From contig SMSO01000035.1 of NCBI GenBank assembly GCA_004764695.1, positions 3,360,040-3,424,039 of the forward strand: 64,000 nucleotides of DNA, given 5' to 3'. Source of the DNA: Schizochytrium sp. TIO01 (lineage: Eukaryota > Protista > Bigyra: Labyrinthulomycetes). The position numbers and the translations under genes are program-made. Numbering within the stretch: the stretch's first letter is position 1; each line of letters starts with the position of its first letter. Positions 33,103 through 45,300 of the stretch are shown here, in pieces. The notes below the pieces were generated by a model, which saw only the letters and a list, made by a program, of their open reading frames with translations, had not been told where the DNA came from and made no database searches.

Positions 33103-34833
33103 ATGACGACACCAGAGGAGTTTGAGCGCAAGCGGAAAGAGCAGCAGCAGCGGGAGAGGGAGCAAAGCTCTGGCGCGTGGAAAGCCAAAGCAGAATCGAA
33201 ATTTTCCCCATCACTAAGGTGGAGCTATCGAGCTCGCAAAGAAGCCGCAGAAAAAGAAAAAGCTGCTCGCGAAGACGCTCTGCGCACAATGCGCTCACCA
33301 AGATATTCGAGGATTGCACATGGTACAGAGAACAAAACCACCACGGCACGGAAACAGAAGCGTGAGAGCCTCTTGAAGAGAATATCTGCTGCGATGCGGG
33401 GCCACAAAGCATTGGCACACGTTCCTCCCAAGGTTCCGCTCAGTGATGACGACTATGATGTCCTTGTGATTGGAGGCGGATTTTCTGGTGCATACTGTGC
33501 TTACGAGCTCAACAAGGCCAACTCCGGTTTGAAGATCGGTATTCTCGAAAAGGACAGCGATGTTGGTGGTCGCCTATTTAGCGATGACAACGATCACAAT
33601 TCGCATAATAAGGATGAGCTTGGTGGCATGCGCATATTCCCTTCTGTACAGCCTCATGTGGCCCAGGTTGTTCAAGAAGTTGGTTGTGAACTGGTCCCTG
33701 TGAAACTAGCGGACGAGGATAACATTTTCTTCTACGAAGGTGAACGCCATCGTAAAGGGGATTTTCGCCTTTCCGACTGCGGTCTGCGTCCCAAGGAAAT
33801 GATTGCAGATTGCATTGCTAATTACCGAGAAGCTATGCCTAAGGATTCCAAGCTTTCACCCTATGAGAGTAAGGAACTTCGAAACTTGAGTCTGCCCGCC
33901 TTTTTGGAAAAGTACGGAGCATCGCGTGGAGATATTCAAGAATATTTTAGTTTCAGTGGCTACGACATCTTTTCTGATGATCATGTTGCAGCTTCAGTTT
34001 TCGTGCAAGAGGGCCAGCTTTACGGCGCCGACCTTGATGAAGATCAGCATTACGTTCGCGAAGGTTTCGAGGAGGTTGTCCATCGCTTGGCAAAGAATAG
34101 TGGTGCAGAGATTCGCCTTGAGACCAGAGTTACTGGCGTTGATGAAGTTGACCCGGATGGTTTCTGCCCTGTTACCTGCAGACATGATGGTGAAACCCTG
34201 ACCCTTCGCGCCAGAAGAGTCATCATTGGCCTTCCGCAAGATGCTGCTGCCCGACTCGCCAAGCGCTGTCCTATCTTGCAAGGCGAGCGTCTGGACTTAA
34301 TGCGCAATGCGGTCAAAATTATCCCATTGTTCAAGGTTTTTTTGGAGTTCGAAAAGCCTGAAGATGCAGATATGTGGTGGCGTGAGAGTGGATTTCAGCA
34401 GGGCAAATCTACCACGGATCTTGAAGTACGCCAAGTCCACTATTATGACCATGAGGACATTCTATGCTACTGTTCTGGTCGCTATGCTGAGTATTGGGAC
34501 CGCGAGTTCCGCGCCAACTGGCGTGCTGCTGCAAGAGAGGTGTTTCACCAGATGCAACTCATGCACGGAGAGACAAGTGGTAAATTACCTGAGCCGATGT
34601 GGGATTCAACAATCTTTCACTTCTGGAATAACGGAAGCCACAAGTGGTGCAAAGGTGTGAACGTTTCCGCAGCTATGCACACAATTTGCCATGGCGGTCA
34701 AGCTGATAGTAAGATTTCTGCAACACCGATCTTGGTTGTTGGCGATGCTTATTCTTCGCAGCAAGGCTGGGTCGCAGGAGCACTTGAAACAAGTGAGATT
34801 GCTCTTCGTCATCTCAAGGCAGCTTTGGCATAA
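33103..34833 (+). CDS. Flavin-dependent amine / L-amino-acid oxidase family protein
   Basis: Rossmann VLVIGGGFSG motif, LEKDSDVGGRL, ELGGMRI and C-terminal VGDAYS-QGWVAGALE; ~115-aa charged N-terminal extension. First ATG at 33103. Confidence 0.88.
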   Translation: MTTPEEFERKRKEQQQREREQSSGAWKAKAESKFSPSLRWSYRARKEAAEKEKAAREDALRTMRSPRYSRIAHGTENKTTTARKQKRESLLKRISAAMRGHKALAHVPPKVPLSDDDYDVLVIGGGFSGAYCAYELNKANSGLKIGILEKDSDVGGRLFSDDNDHNSHNKDELGGMRIFPSVQPHVAQVVQEVGCELVPVKLADEDNIFFYEGERHRKGDFRLSDCGLRPKEMIADCIANYREAMPKDSKLSPYESKELRNLSLPAFLEKYGASRGDIQEYFSFSGYDIFSDDHVAASVFVQEGQLYGADLDEDQHYVREGFEEVVHRLAKNSGAEIRLETRVTGVDEVDPDGFCPVTCRHDGETLTLRARRVIIGLPQDAAARLAKRCPILQGERLDLMRNAVKIIPLFKVFLEFEKPEDADMWWRESGFQQGKSTTDLEVRQVHYYDHEDILCYCSGRYAEYWDREFRANWRAAAREVFHQMQLMHGETSGKLPEPMWDSTIFHFWNNGSHKWCKGVNVSAAMHTICHGGQADSKISATPILVVGDAYSSQQGWVAGALETSEIALRHLKAALA

Positions 34834-36326
34834 TCCTTCAGTAGCATTCTAAGTGAAGGAATGTTGCAACCAAAATGGCCACAATATATATGCAATCCTA
34901 CTGGACCTCAAAAGCTCACAAACGTCTTTTTAAGCTATAACATACTTTGACCTTTATCTTTGCCAATATGTAGACAAATAAAATTGAACTTGAGCACACG
35001 TATAGCTTGATCTCACGGGGAAATTCCACACGGTGTTGAGGATCAGTCTACTGCCATTCGATTCGCTTGTAAAGCTGAAGTTATTCAACTTTAGCATTGT
35101 AATTAAATATAATGTATTAATGTTACCCTCCAGATCCCCTCTAGCCCTACTGCTAGAGCTAAAAACCTTGCCCTCTACACCTTGAACACTAAGTGCTTTC
35201 TTATAGGAAACAACTTGACATCAAGCTCCTCATTGCGTAGTTTCTAGGGCCATGTCTACATTAAGGAATGGACTCCATAAACCTGAGTAACCTTTTCTGG
35301 TATAGAGTATTTGTACAGTATAGGAGATAAATGAGCTAAACCGAATATTGAGGTCCTGAAAGGTTTTCGAACGCAAATGAGCAGCTTCCAAAAGTTCTCC
35401 CATTTTTTAATTAAGCTGTACCTATGAACCCTTACTTTATTTTTTTCAATTCTAGGATTGTGAAATTCCTTTCGTATAGGCTAACACCTGAGAAACAGTA
35501 AGTGTGGCACTTGAAGATACGAGGCAAACATTCTGCTTTGGCGTGACCCAAGCGATAGTGATGGCCTCTGAGGAGCAAGTTTTACGGTACTTTCGTTTCA
35601 AGCAATATCTTCTACTTGACCACGCGTGATCCATATTGAGTCATTGCTGTCAGGGGTTTGTGCGTACACCAAAATAAATGCTGTTTGCCGAGTGTATTCA
35701 GCAAAGCTCTATGTACTTACATTTTTATTTTATTTTATTCACTAAATAAAAAAGCATTAAGATGAAAAAAACTAACTTTTAAAAATGTTCGCGAGGCCCC
35801 TTTTCAGATGTTAGGTGCCTTTTCACTGACAGAGACTCACAAGCAAAGACAATACTAGTACTGTCAGGTGCTGAATGGCTTTGGGAGTAAAGAGCCGTAA
35901 TGCAAACACGTCTGCACAAGATGCATCCAAAGCCCTATCTATTAGGCTTTATGTTCTTCTTCTACTGTCACGATGTTCTACCAAGAAGACCATTTTGGGG
36001 CTGCTTTCGGAATCTGCGCTCTTCTTCTCCACAGAAGATTACTCTAGATAAATTTAGACCTGATCTGACCTCTTAGTCTACAGGTTCTTCTTCCTTGTCA
36101 ATTCAATGTACTCAATTAATTTTTTAAAGTGTATTAACCTGCTGTCTGTAGGTTCTAGCTTATAACAGAAGTACCGACTAGGTTTTCCGCAAACTGTAAA
36201 TTATTTGTTCTTCCAATGACATTTTCTCAAAAAAAATACTCTAGTAGAAATTCTCGTATCAAGAAAAAAAACTTTTAGGACTTTTGTTGTCAAGTCTTCC
36301 ATGCGTAGGTAGGTAGGTACCTACTA

Positions 36327-36667
36327 GCTTAAGTGGCTTGGTAAAGTCAATTGACGCCGGCGTAGGATCGCGTACCTCTTTTGTGCGGACCCCATCCACT
36401 ACGAAGAGTAAAACTTTCAAAGAATTTAGGAATCAGGTTAAGTGACTTGGTAAAGTCAACCATAGCAGTTTGACACTGACGTAGGATCGCGTACCTCTTT
36501 TGTGCGGACCCCAGCCACTAGGAAGAGGAAAACTTTCAGAGAATTTAGGAATCAGGTTAAGTGACTTGGTAAAGTCAACCATAGCAGCTTGACACCAACG
36601 TAGGATCGCGTACCTCTTTTGTGCGGACCCCACCCACTACGAAGAGTAAAAATTTCAGAGAGTGTAG
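36327..36667. repeat. 119-bp non-coding tandem repeat, ~2.8 copies
   Basis: CGTAGGATCGCGTACCTCTTTTGTGCGGACCCC starts at 36361, 36480 and 36599; the intervening sequence is also near-identical. Confidence 0.93.
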
Positions 36668-38548
36668 GAAAAAGGCTCTTTTTATTTTTGTTTCATCAGC
36701 GTTTCTAAAATAAAATAGATTTTCAGATAGGCCATGTCCTTAGTGATGAGGTGATCCTACTCCTGTGCGAGGCAATTCTAGTAGCGCGTGAATAATTTGA
36801 GTACAAAGTAAATTTTATGTTGAGTTTTCAGTCGCAGACGGACTCTGTCCAGAATCTTTCAGCCGAGTCACGAAGAAACAGAATTTGCATGAGCTGCTTC
36901 TACTTGTACCATAAGGGATGTCCCGGAGTCATATGTGGTACGTGCGTACCTGGAGAATCCGAATTAATTTCTGTTCCTGGATAACTCCCTCAAATGTGCA
37001 AGCAATATCATCATACAACATTCTGCTATGTTCCAAGTTATCTATTTATTTATTTTAGAATTCCAGTATCAAAATGTTTTTCTCGTCGTAGGCAAATAGG
37101 TGTATGATATTTTGCAATTGGGCTGTCAGACATGGTTTGGGAGAGCCTGTTCTGCCTGAGCAAACAAGTTGGTAGGAATAGGAATGGCCTCTAGCTACTT
37201 TTGTCGAAATCCTGGTGGACCTGTAAGGGATTTAGAGTTTCTTACGTTTTAAGTTCTCTATAGAAGCTAATTTTATTTTCAAGAACCAGGAATATAGAAA
37301 AGGCAATGCCTTAGGAATATCTCGGTCAAAACATTCCTTATCATGAGCTACAGGGTAAAAAGCAATATCCGAAGAACACATATGTTCAAGTCTACAACTC
37401 TACGTGCTGGGAGAAAGAAAAGAGCAACTTTTCGGCTCAATGAAGACGTATTTTTCACACTACTATCCCAGGTTCAGGTTTTGTAAAAAAGTAAAGAGTT
37501 GAATTTTACCTATGTTTGCAGAATAAGCTATCTGCTAGTGGAATTTCAATGGAAGCGATTGGTTGTTTAGCTCATGCTTGTAGTATTGCGGAAACGTCCT
37601 CATTTTCTTGTAAATGATCTCAGACTCCCTAAATGAACTGATCCTGGAAGAACCTCATTTGGAAATATACGATTAATAAATGCAAGGCGTAGTTTATGCG
37701 ACACACCAGAAAATATAAACTATTTGGAGGATTTAAAGGGGAAAAGCTTATCACTAAGATCTTTTGCATAAAGAGATCTTATTATGTTTATTTAGAAGCT
37801 CGAGAGGCTATAAGCTGGATGGTGTAGCAATTGCAAGCGGTCAAGCGGTCGCGAGTTAATGCATTTTTGACACTGCTTCCCTTTGCTTATCAAGTTTACT
37901 CTAGCACAAGTCGTTTCAAGTGTCGGCTCTGAACGTTCCTAGAGAACCAAAAATTAATAAATAATGCGCATTTATTGCTATATCTATTCTTAACAACGAG
38001 ATATTTTTTTGTATTTACGCAGATCAATATTTTAGTAACTTTAAATGCATGAATGAATGAGAGAGTGGGTGAGTGCGAACAAAACTTAGGTATTGAATCA
38101 CAAACAAAGAAGGAGCAAAGATAGTTTGTATAATTTCAATTAGATTTCAGAAGACAAGATTAAACGCAGTTTTCTTCTCAGAGAAGAAGCACCTAGGCCT
38201 ATTGTTATCTAATTTAACAACTCATAAATGATCAAAATTTAAATATCTCTTGGTTCGACACCATTGGCGGATATGGATGGCCATATGTTAGTCAAGGACA
38301 AAGGAGCTCAGTCTTTCCTGCTGGTTCCTGTCAAATAATACTATGATTCCTTTTACTTAGAGTAAAACTCAATTCCGAAAATTTTACCCATATCATTTGT
38401 ACGAAGTCATTTTTTTGACTGAGGTACTAATAAGTGGCTGATACTTCGAACTGGGCTTCCATAAAACAGAAACAATTCCCAAACAGCGAAGTGCCGAGAA
38501 ACACTGTCGTAACGAAGTACAACGAGAATCATACAGAAGTGAATTACA

Positions 38549-39909
38549 ATGCAGTTTTTTCATAATATAGTTCTTTTGGCAACTTTGCTCGAACTGGTGC
38601 AGAGTACTTCTCTGCGTGAATCAGTACAGCTCGCGCTTGACGAGGCAAATGACAATACTCTCCGTGGATCCCTGCAGCAAGCTCTCCAAGAAGCTGGGAC
38701 GGGATCAATGGCAACAACTTGTACGAAAAAGAGCGATCCAGTCTGCTATGAAATTCTTGATACTTGGTGGGAAGATCGCGAAGCACAGAAAAACCGTGCC
38801 GCATTGAGCTTGTTGGATGAGCAGTGTGCTACTTTTACTGATTTTGCAGATGCTTGCAATGATGTGTCTCAGCGCACACTTGAGAAAACCAACAAAACTA
38901 TTTACGACAAGATTCTGGCTGACGAAGAACTCCAAACGATAGCGTGTACCATGATTGGAGCACACAACAAGTCTTGCATTGGCAATCCATGCAACCATTA
39001 CAGTAGGTTTTGAGTAATGAAGGTACTGAGTACCCGATTGAAATGATACTAACTAAATCTTTCACACAAATGTCACACGCAGATGTAAGTAAAGGAATGA
39101 GGAACAACCCGTGCCAGAGAAGGAATCTTTATATGCAAAGATAGCACAAGCTAACAAGTTGTGGCATGTTTAATGTAAGCAGTTGGGCACCTGCACGATT
39201 CAAGAGACTCAAGGACAGTGTTTCTGGTACACGAAAGCTATGGTGAATCAAGTCAATAGATATTATGATGATCACCCCGAAATTGATGCATCTAAAATTC
39301 CTGGCCATGGATGCTACCGCAACCCTTGTAATCTTCCTGGCGAAGGTAAGTTTTCAAGAAATTGAAATAGTCTCTCTTAATTGTTTGACATTGTATGACT
39401 TACTATAGGTTGCAATACAGGATCAACAATTGACAAGTGTTCAGGGCTGAGTACGGACATATTCACTTGCACCTATTGCAAAGGCCCTGGTGACAGGTGT
39501 CTTAAGAAAAAGGGCATGGGTTGTCAGTTGACTACGCCAACAACCTCAGCAGAATGTGCTTACGTAAACGATAACGATGTGGCAAAGTTGAGTATTTGGC
39601 AAAGGCTTGACCGGTAAGTCAATATCCTGTGGAAGGGTAGGTTGTTGATTTATAAAGTTGATACTAACTCTGACGGGTTTCGTTACAAAATTTAGACCGG
39701 AATGCCAGTGCTCGGACTTATTCACTCAATGCAATAGCACTGTTTATGTAAGTTGCGTGCAACGCTATGAAATTCTTGGATATTATCGCAAGCTAACTCT
39801 TGGTAATTGATCTTAAAATGGATCGAACTTAAATTTTCTCTGGAATTGTCGTGCGCAGGCTGAAAATAGGACTTATGAATATCAGCTGCGTTACGATCCG
39901 ACGAGTTAA
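38549..39909 (+). CDS. Secreted cysteine-rich protein (~308 aa), 6 exons: 38549-39002, 39083-39084, 39183-39345, 39409-39613, 39696-39747, 39859-39909
   Basis: Signal-peptide-like start (MQFFHNIVLLATLLELVQS); five GT-AG introns with GTAAG/GTAGG donors, most with CTAAC branch points; exon total 927 nt gives an open frame; internal GNPCN/RNPCN repeat. Confidence 0.8.
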
Positions 39910-40614
39910 GCCTAGAATAGCATTATCAGAAAGTGCTGTCAGTTGGAGACGACCTCCTACATGGTAAGGACAACTATACTCCAAACTACTCTCAAACCAG
40001 TTTCTCAACTTTGGTATTCTCAAATGCATAAATTAAGCTTTCTCTTATTTGCTATCTTGACGCTCCTTCAGCTTCCGGTCATTTACTAGCCTACTTTTAT
40101 CAGCTATATACGTTTTATACGCTAACCTGTAAAGAAGCGAAGTGAAAATAATATCACTTCTGCTACCATCTTAGAGTCTTACTTTTCCTTTGGGCACTAG
40201 CTCTTTTGAAAAACACGTGTACCCGATATATCGCACTGGCGAATATCATGGTCGACAAAATATCTAAAGAATTTACAGTCATACATTTTGCGAGCAATTT
40301 TTTAGAAATATATTCCAAAGCTTTCCTCGTCACAGTGCATTGAAGACATGAAGATAAAACACAAAACGCATTATTCTGATCATTTTAAATTCGAGAAGTG
40401 AGTAGGTCGGCGAACTGAGATGAGTTGCGATGCTCTAGCAATCCTATTAAAGATACTTTGTGAAGGAGACAGTGTTGAAGATTGGAGCAGCAAGATTTGC
40501 GAAATAGCACCTAAACAAGGTTAAATAGATTTATACGGGGAATAGAGACTCAATACGCTGCATTGCTTTTGGTGTCGTTTTGGAAAACTGAGCTTTAAAA
40601 AAGCTTAATACACC

Positions 40615-41271
40615 TCAGAAGGTAGCTTTAGCGCCAAGAAGATGCTCACGAGTAATTAGCTTAAGAATCTGAGCCTCTTCCTCGGGTGTTTCAGGGACCT
40701 TGAAGTCCTTGGGCTTCTGAGGAACCACCATGTAGCCTGCATCGGCGGTAAAATCATGTACACGAACCTGCTAGTTATCAGGAATGTGTGTGCCAAACTC
40801 CTCAAGGAGCTTGCGAGGTTCACGCACAACGCGTGCACGGTAAGAGCGAGCCTTGTACCAAGAAGGAGCAGGTCCCACAGGACCGCCCGGGTGGCAGCTA
40901 CAGAGAGTACATACAAGAAGGTTGTGCGCATTGTCATCATTGGCAACGACAATTAGGCGGGTAGGTGCGTTCGGGTTCCCACCATCGAAACCGAGCTCGG
41001 CAACGGCTGCGTTACCATCCTTAAGGAGGCGTTCGAGGAAACCTTCGTCCTGCCATGCCTTGAGTACAACCTTGGCACCGTTCCTGAGGCTACCTTTGGT
41101 CTCACCGCCTTCGACGACCTTTTGGAGGTCTTCCATGGTATAAACACCCTTTGCAGCAAGATCATCGATGAGGCCATTGCCGAATTGCTCGTCAGCAGCG
41201 ACCGGGCCTTCCATATCTCCTTCGCGTTCGAGAGCGACCTTCTCAACGGTGGTGCTGGTCCTCTGACACAT
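40615..41271 (-). pseudogene. Nitrile hydratase alpha-domain homologue, 5'-truncated, with in-frame TAG
   Basis: GAKVVLKAWQD, HNLLVCTLCSCHP, WYKARSYRARVVREPR and EFG motifs; TAG at 40773-40771, then in-frame QVRVHDFTADAGYMVVPQKP...LITREHLLG to TGA at 40617-40615. Confidence 0.85.
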
Positions 41272-42130
41272 GTCTTGTTGAAGAATATCGGATTATCAGA
41301 GAATTTCCTCTCAATAGATGGGTGCCTAGTGCATCCCTCGAATAGAAACAACGCCGCAGATCTGATCATGCTTCGAAGATCCGTTCGAAAGATAAGCCAA
41401 GCGAGTTCTTAGGAATGTCCACCCTTCTCTCGAGTTCTGATTCCCTCACTTTCTTTTGCGACTTTCATCCATACAATGTATGTAATAGGTAGTCAGGAGA
41501 AGCTCCACTCCCCTAAACTCTGCAGTGTTCATTGAGCTTTGAGAGCTTTTGCTTCGCTGAAAACGCATTCCAGCTCTGCTGCTCCCTTGGCTCCGCATGC
41601 TCCGCAGCGCCTTGGAGATCTCAGCATGGCCACCTCCTTCTGCAAGCACATGTTGTGCTATTCCGAGTCTACGTCGCCAACGCAGAACTGGCGCTTCGTT
41701 TTTTCCCTCGCTGCGCCTCTACTGCGGCGCCCCTCTATTCCCCACTTGCGGGTTCTATAACTCACTTTCCCCTTCTCAAACTACTATGCAACAAACCCTC
41801 TACTATGGGTTATACGACCCCCTCTGCAATGGGCTACTACAGCATAACAGCAGCAGCGGCAAATCCCTCCTCGACGAAGTTTCGTAGACCCCTGAGGCTG
41901 GAGACACACAAACCCCTTCAGAGATCCAACCTGGGTCTGGTCTCCTCGCAAAGCTCGATCTCCGGAAATGCCCACCACGGAGCTGGCTGCGCTTGGAGCT
42001 CCAGGCCTTGCTTGCATTTCCATTTCACGCGCTGGAAAGGAATTGTGGAGAATGAATAGCGAGACAAAGAGAGAGGGACCCAAAACAAAAGAGAAGCGCA
42101 GTTAAAGAGGGATTTAAAGAGAGAGAGTAA

Positions 42131-42227
42131 TTAATCATTAATCATTAATCATTAATCATTAATCATTAATCATTAATCATTAATCATTGATCATTGATCA
42201 TTAATCATTAATCATTAATCATTAATC
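42131..42227. repeat. (TTAATCA)n heptanucleotide repeat, ~13 units
   Basis: Read directly; two units read TTGATCA. Confidence 0.93.
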
Positions 42228-42337
42228 GCTAAGAAAGAGAGAGAACGCTTTGAGAGAGAAAAGAACGGGAAAGCAAAGCAGAGCAAAGCAGAGCAGAGCA
42301 GAGCAAAGCGAGATCTCGTCGGCGCGGCGCCAGCTGG

Positions 42338-45300
42338 ATGGCGCGGCGGCGCGACGCGGCAGCAGAAGGAGGCGGAGGCGACTCAGCGCAGCCGCCCTCC
42401 CCCTCTCCGTCCTTCCGCGCTGATCCCGCGGTCCCCGGCGGCGCTCCGGATGGCGCCGGCGGATATGCTGCTGGAAAAAATCAAACTTCGCAGGCCGCCG
42501 GCAACGGCGCCTCTTCTTCTGCGGCACAGATGCGCACAGGCGAGGGGCCTGGCGCAGGGGACGCAGTGATGCGGACACCAACGAGGTCAAGGAGACCCCT
42601 ACGAGTACTGACAGCGTCGGCGGCAGCGGACTCGAGCCTGAGCTCGAATCCGAGTTCAAATCTTCAATCAAATCCTAATCCAAATTCAAGTGCAAACCTG
42701 CCTTCCAATTCACTTTCCGGCTCGAAATCAAACGCACATCGAAATCCGACCTTGGAGTCGAATTTTAATTCAAAGGCGACCGGTGATCAAGACAATGCAA
42801 CATCGAAGATGAACGCAAAAGTAATGGCAAAAAAAGGTAGCCTGAGCTTGAACGCAAGCCTAAACACAAACCCAAACTTAAACTCAAACCCGATGGAGAA
42901 CTACGTTGTGCTGGACATGATTGGAGAGGGCTCTTTTGGAAAGGTCCACAAAGGGCGGCGGAGATATACGGGCCATATTGTGGCGCTCAAATTCATCAGT
43001 AAGCACGGAAAATCAGAGGCTGAACTGGCGAAGCTGCGGAGCGAGATCGAGATTCTACGTACGCTGGATCATAATAACATTGTTCTTCTACTTGACTCCT
43101 TTGAAACACGTCGTGAGTTTTGCGTAGTGACAGAATTTGCGCAGGGGGACCTTTTTCAGCTGCTAGAGGATGACCGTCGCGTGCCGGAGCCTCAGGTACA
43201 AAATATTGCGAAACAGCTTGTGCAGGCGCTCTACTACCTGCATTCTCACCGAATTATTCATAGGGACATGAAACCTCAAAACATCCTCATTAGCAGCGAT
43301 GGCCGCGTCAAGTTGTGCGACTTTGGGTTCGCACGCGCGTTATCGGCCAAAACCATCATGGTGACCTCTATTAAGGGCACACCTTTGTATATGGCCCCCG
43401 AACTTGTTCGAGAGCAACCTTACAACCACACTGCCGACCTTTGGTCTCTTGGTGTTATTCTTTATGAGCTCTTTGTGGGCCAACCTCCTTTTTTCACAAA
43501 CAACATTTACACGTAAGTTTACTTGGGGCTAGCGACGTATATACTGGTGTTGGATGTTGAAACCAAGTTGACTTTGGTTTCAATAAGACTACACTATCTG
43601 TGCGTTTTGATTGCTTTGGATCCCAATTGACTTTGCAACTGATCCACTAACTGAACAACCTAATGTCTCTTTGCACGTTCTGTCTTCTGCCTATTCATTG
43701 TCTTATCAAATGAATGACCTATATTCTGCTTGTGGAACGAGATTGCCCGCTTACCCAAAACAATGTTGAACACCACAGACTGATCAATCTCATTGTTAAA
43801 AATGAAGTTCGTTATCCATCAGAAATGTCACAGCTTTTTCGATCCTTTTTACAAGGATTGTTGACCAAAGATAGTCGCCAACGTCTCCAATGGCCTAAAC
43901 TTTTTGACCATCCATTTGTACGCGAATCATCAGAGGAGACACAGGCTAGAGAAATTGCAGAGGCGAATTATCTTAACAACCCTCGATATCGTCTCGACCA
44001 GTTTCTTGGCGTTAAACATCTTGCTGTGCCCCCAACACCGTCGTTGTCTTCTCCTGTTCGGATGAGTGAACCACGCAGCCCGCGTTGGCCTAATTCGCAC
44101 GAAAAACATCAGCAAAGGTATGAAACACAGCATCATCAGCAGAGTCCGCGACAATATCAGGACTACCAGCATCATCAACAACGCAAACAACATTCACAAC
44201 AAGGATCCCCTCAACAACACAATCACCACTTTGAACCTTTGGAAAACATCGAAGTTCTTTCACATCCATCGGCACCACCAGACGACCCTGCTTCTCCGCG
44301 TCTCCGCCGCCGAAATTCTATTGCCAATGTTGACCAGGACTCTCGAACCGCACCGGAACGCCTGCCCGTAGACGGCGAGCTTATCCCGTACGATCAGAAC
44401 GCTGGGATCTCTAAGTTCTCAAGAAGATTAAACAATAAAGGGCGGAGTACGAGGGGGGCTGCGCTGAGTTCTCCGCGCAACATTGCCCACGGAGGCGACA
44501 ACTTGGCTAATGTCAACCCGTCGCCTACTAGCAAACTTATAGGCACAGTCAATGCAAATACTAATACCACACCAAAGCTCGCTGAAGTGGCCACGGCTAC
44601 ACCAACAATGACTATTCTGCCCAACAATGTTGGAGTAAATGGTCATCATCACCAACATTACACACATGCAGTACCGACTGCGGATGATATGGTGCTTCTT
44701 GTTACACGGGCAGCAGGTACTGGGGAAGCGTCTTTTGCCATGCGTTACGATAATGGAGTTCTCAAGCAACTCTGTGCCAAATTAGCAGATGAACGAGCAA
44801 GTGCAGAGGGCGTACGAAATGCTCTCAAAGTTATTGTTCATCTTGCTGGGAAATCTGTGGAGCGCCTTGGTGTCTCAGCAAGGAGCGACGTCCTTTTAGA
44901 TTGCGATCTCTTTGACATTATTGTTCGTCTTTGTAAACAAGAACTTCGGAGACGCTCGCGCCGAACTGCGCCTGTTCTTGCCGATTCTTTGCACGCTTTG
45001 CGATGCCTTTTAAGAGAACACATGAGGGAGCAAGAACCCCTGCGCGTTGACAAACGAGTTGGAGATTTATGTATTCGTGCTCTAACGCCTTCAGTGGAGG
45101 CGTTTCAGTCTGTACAGGGAGCGCAGCTCGATGCCATCAAGTGTGTACTCCTCATTTGTAGCTTTTGTACCGCATACACCCCTAGACTATGGATTAGTGT
45201 ACAGCAAGAAGTAGCCACGGATGACTTTTGCAACGCTCTAGCGGTTGTCCTACAGCATAGCAACGTCAAGCGCCGGCGCTCTGTTGACCAACGGAGCAAA

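Noticed and set aside
36327-36667. CRISPR-like array
   Set aside because: The whole 119-bp unit is repeated with no unique spacers; eukaryotic context and no cas genes.
38245-38270. GGTTCGACACCA as a tRNA T-arm
   Set aside because: Only a 3-bp stem; no D-arm, anticodon arm or acceptor stem.
40771-40773. Genome-wide TAG reassignment or pyrrolysine-type recoding
   Set aside because: TAG terminates USE1 normally, and the NHase copy carries other degenerative substitutions.
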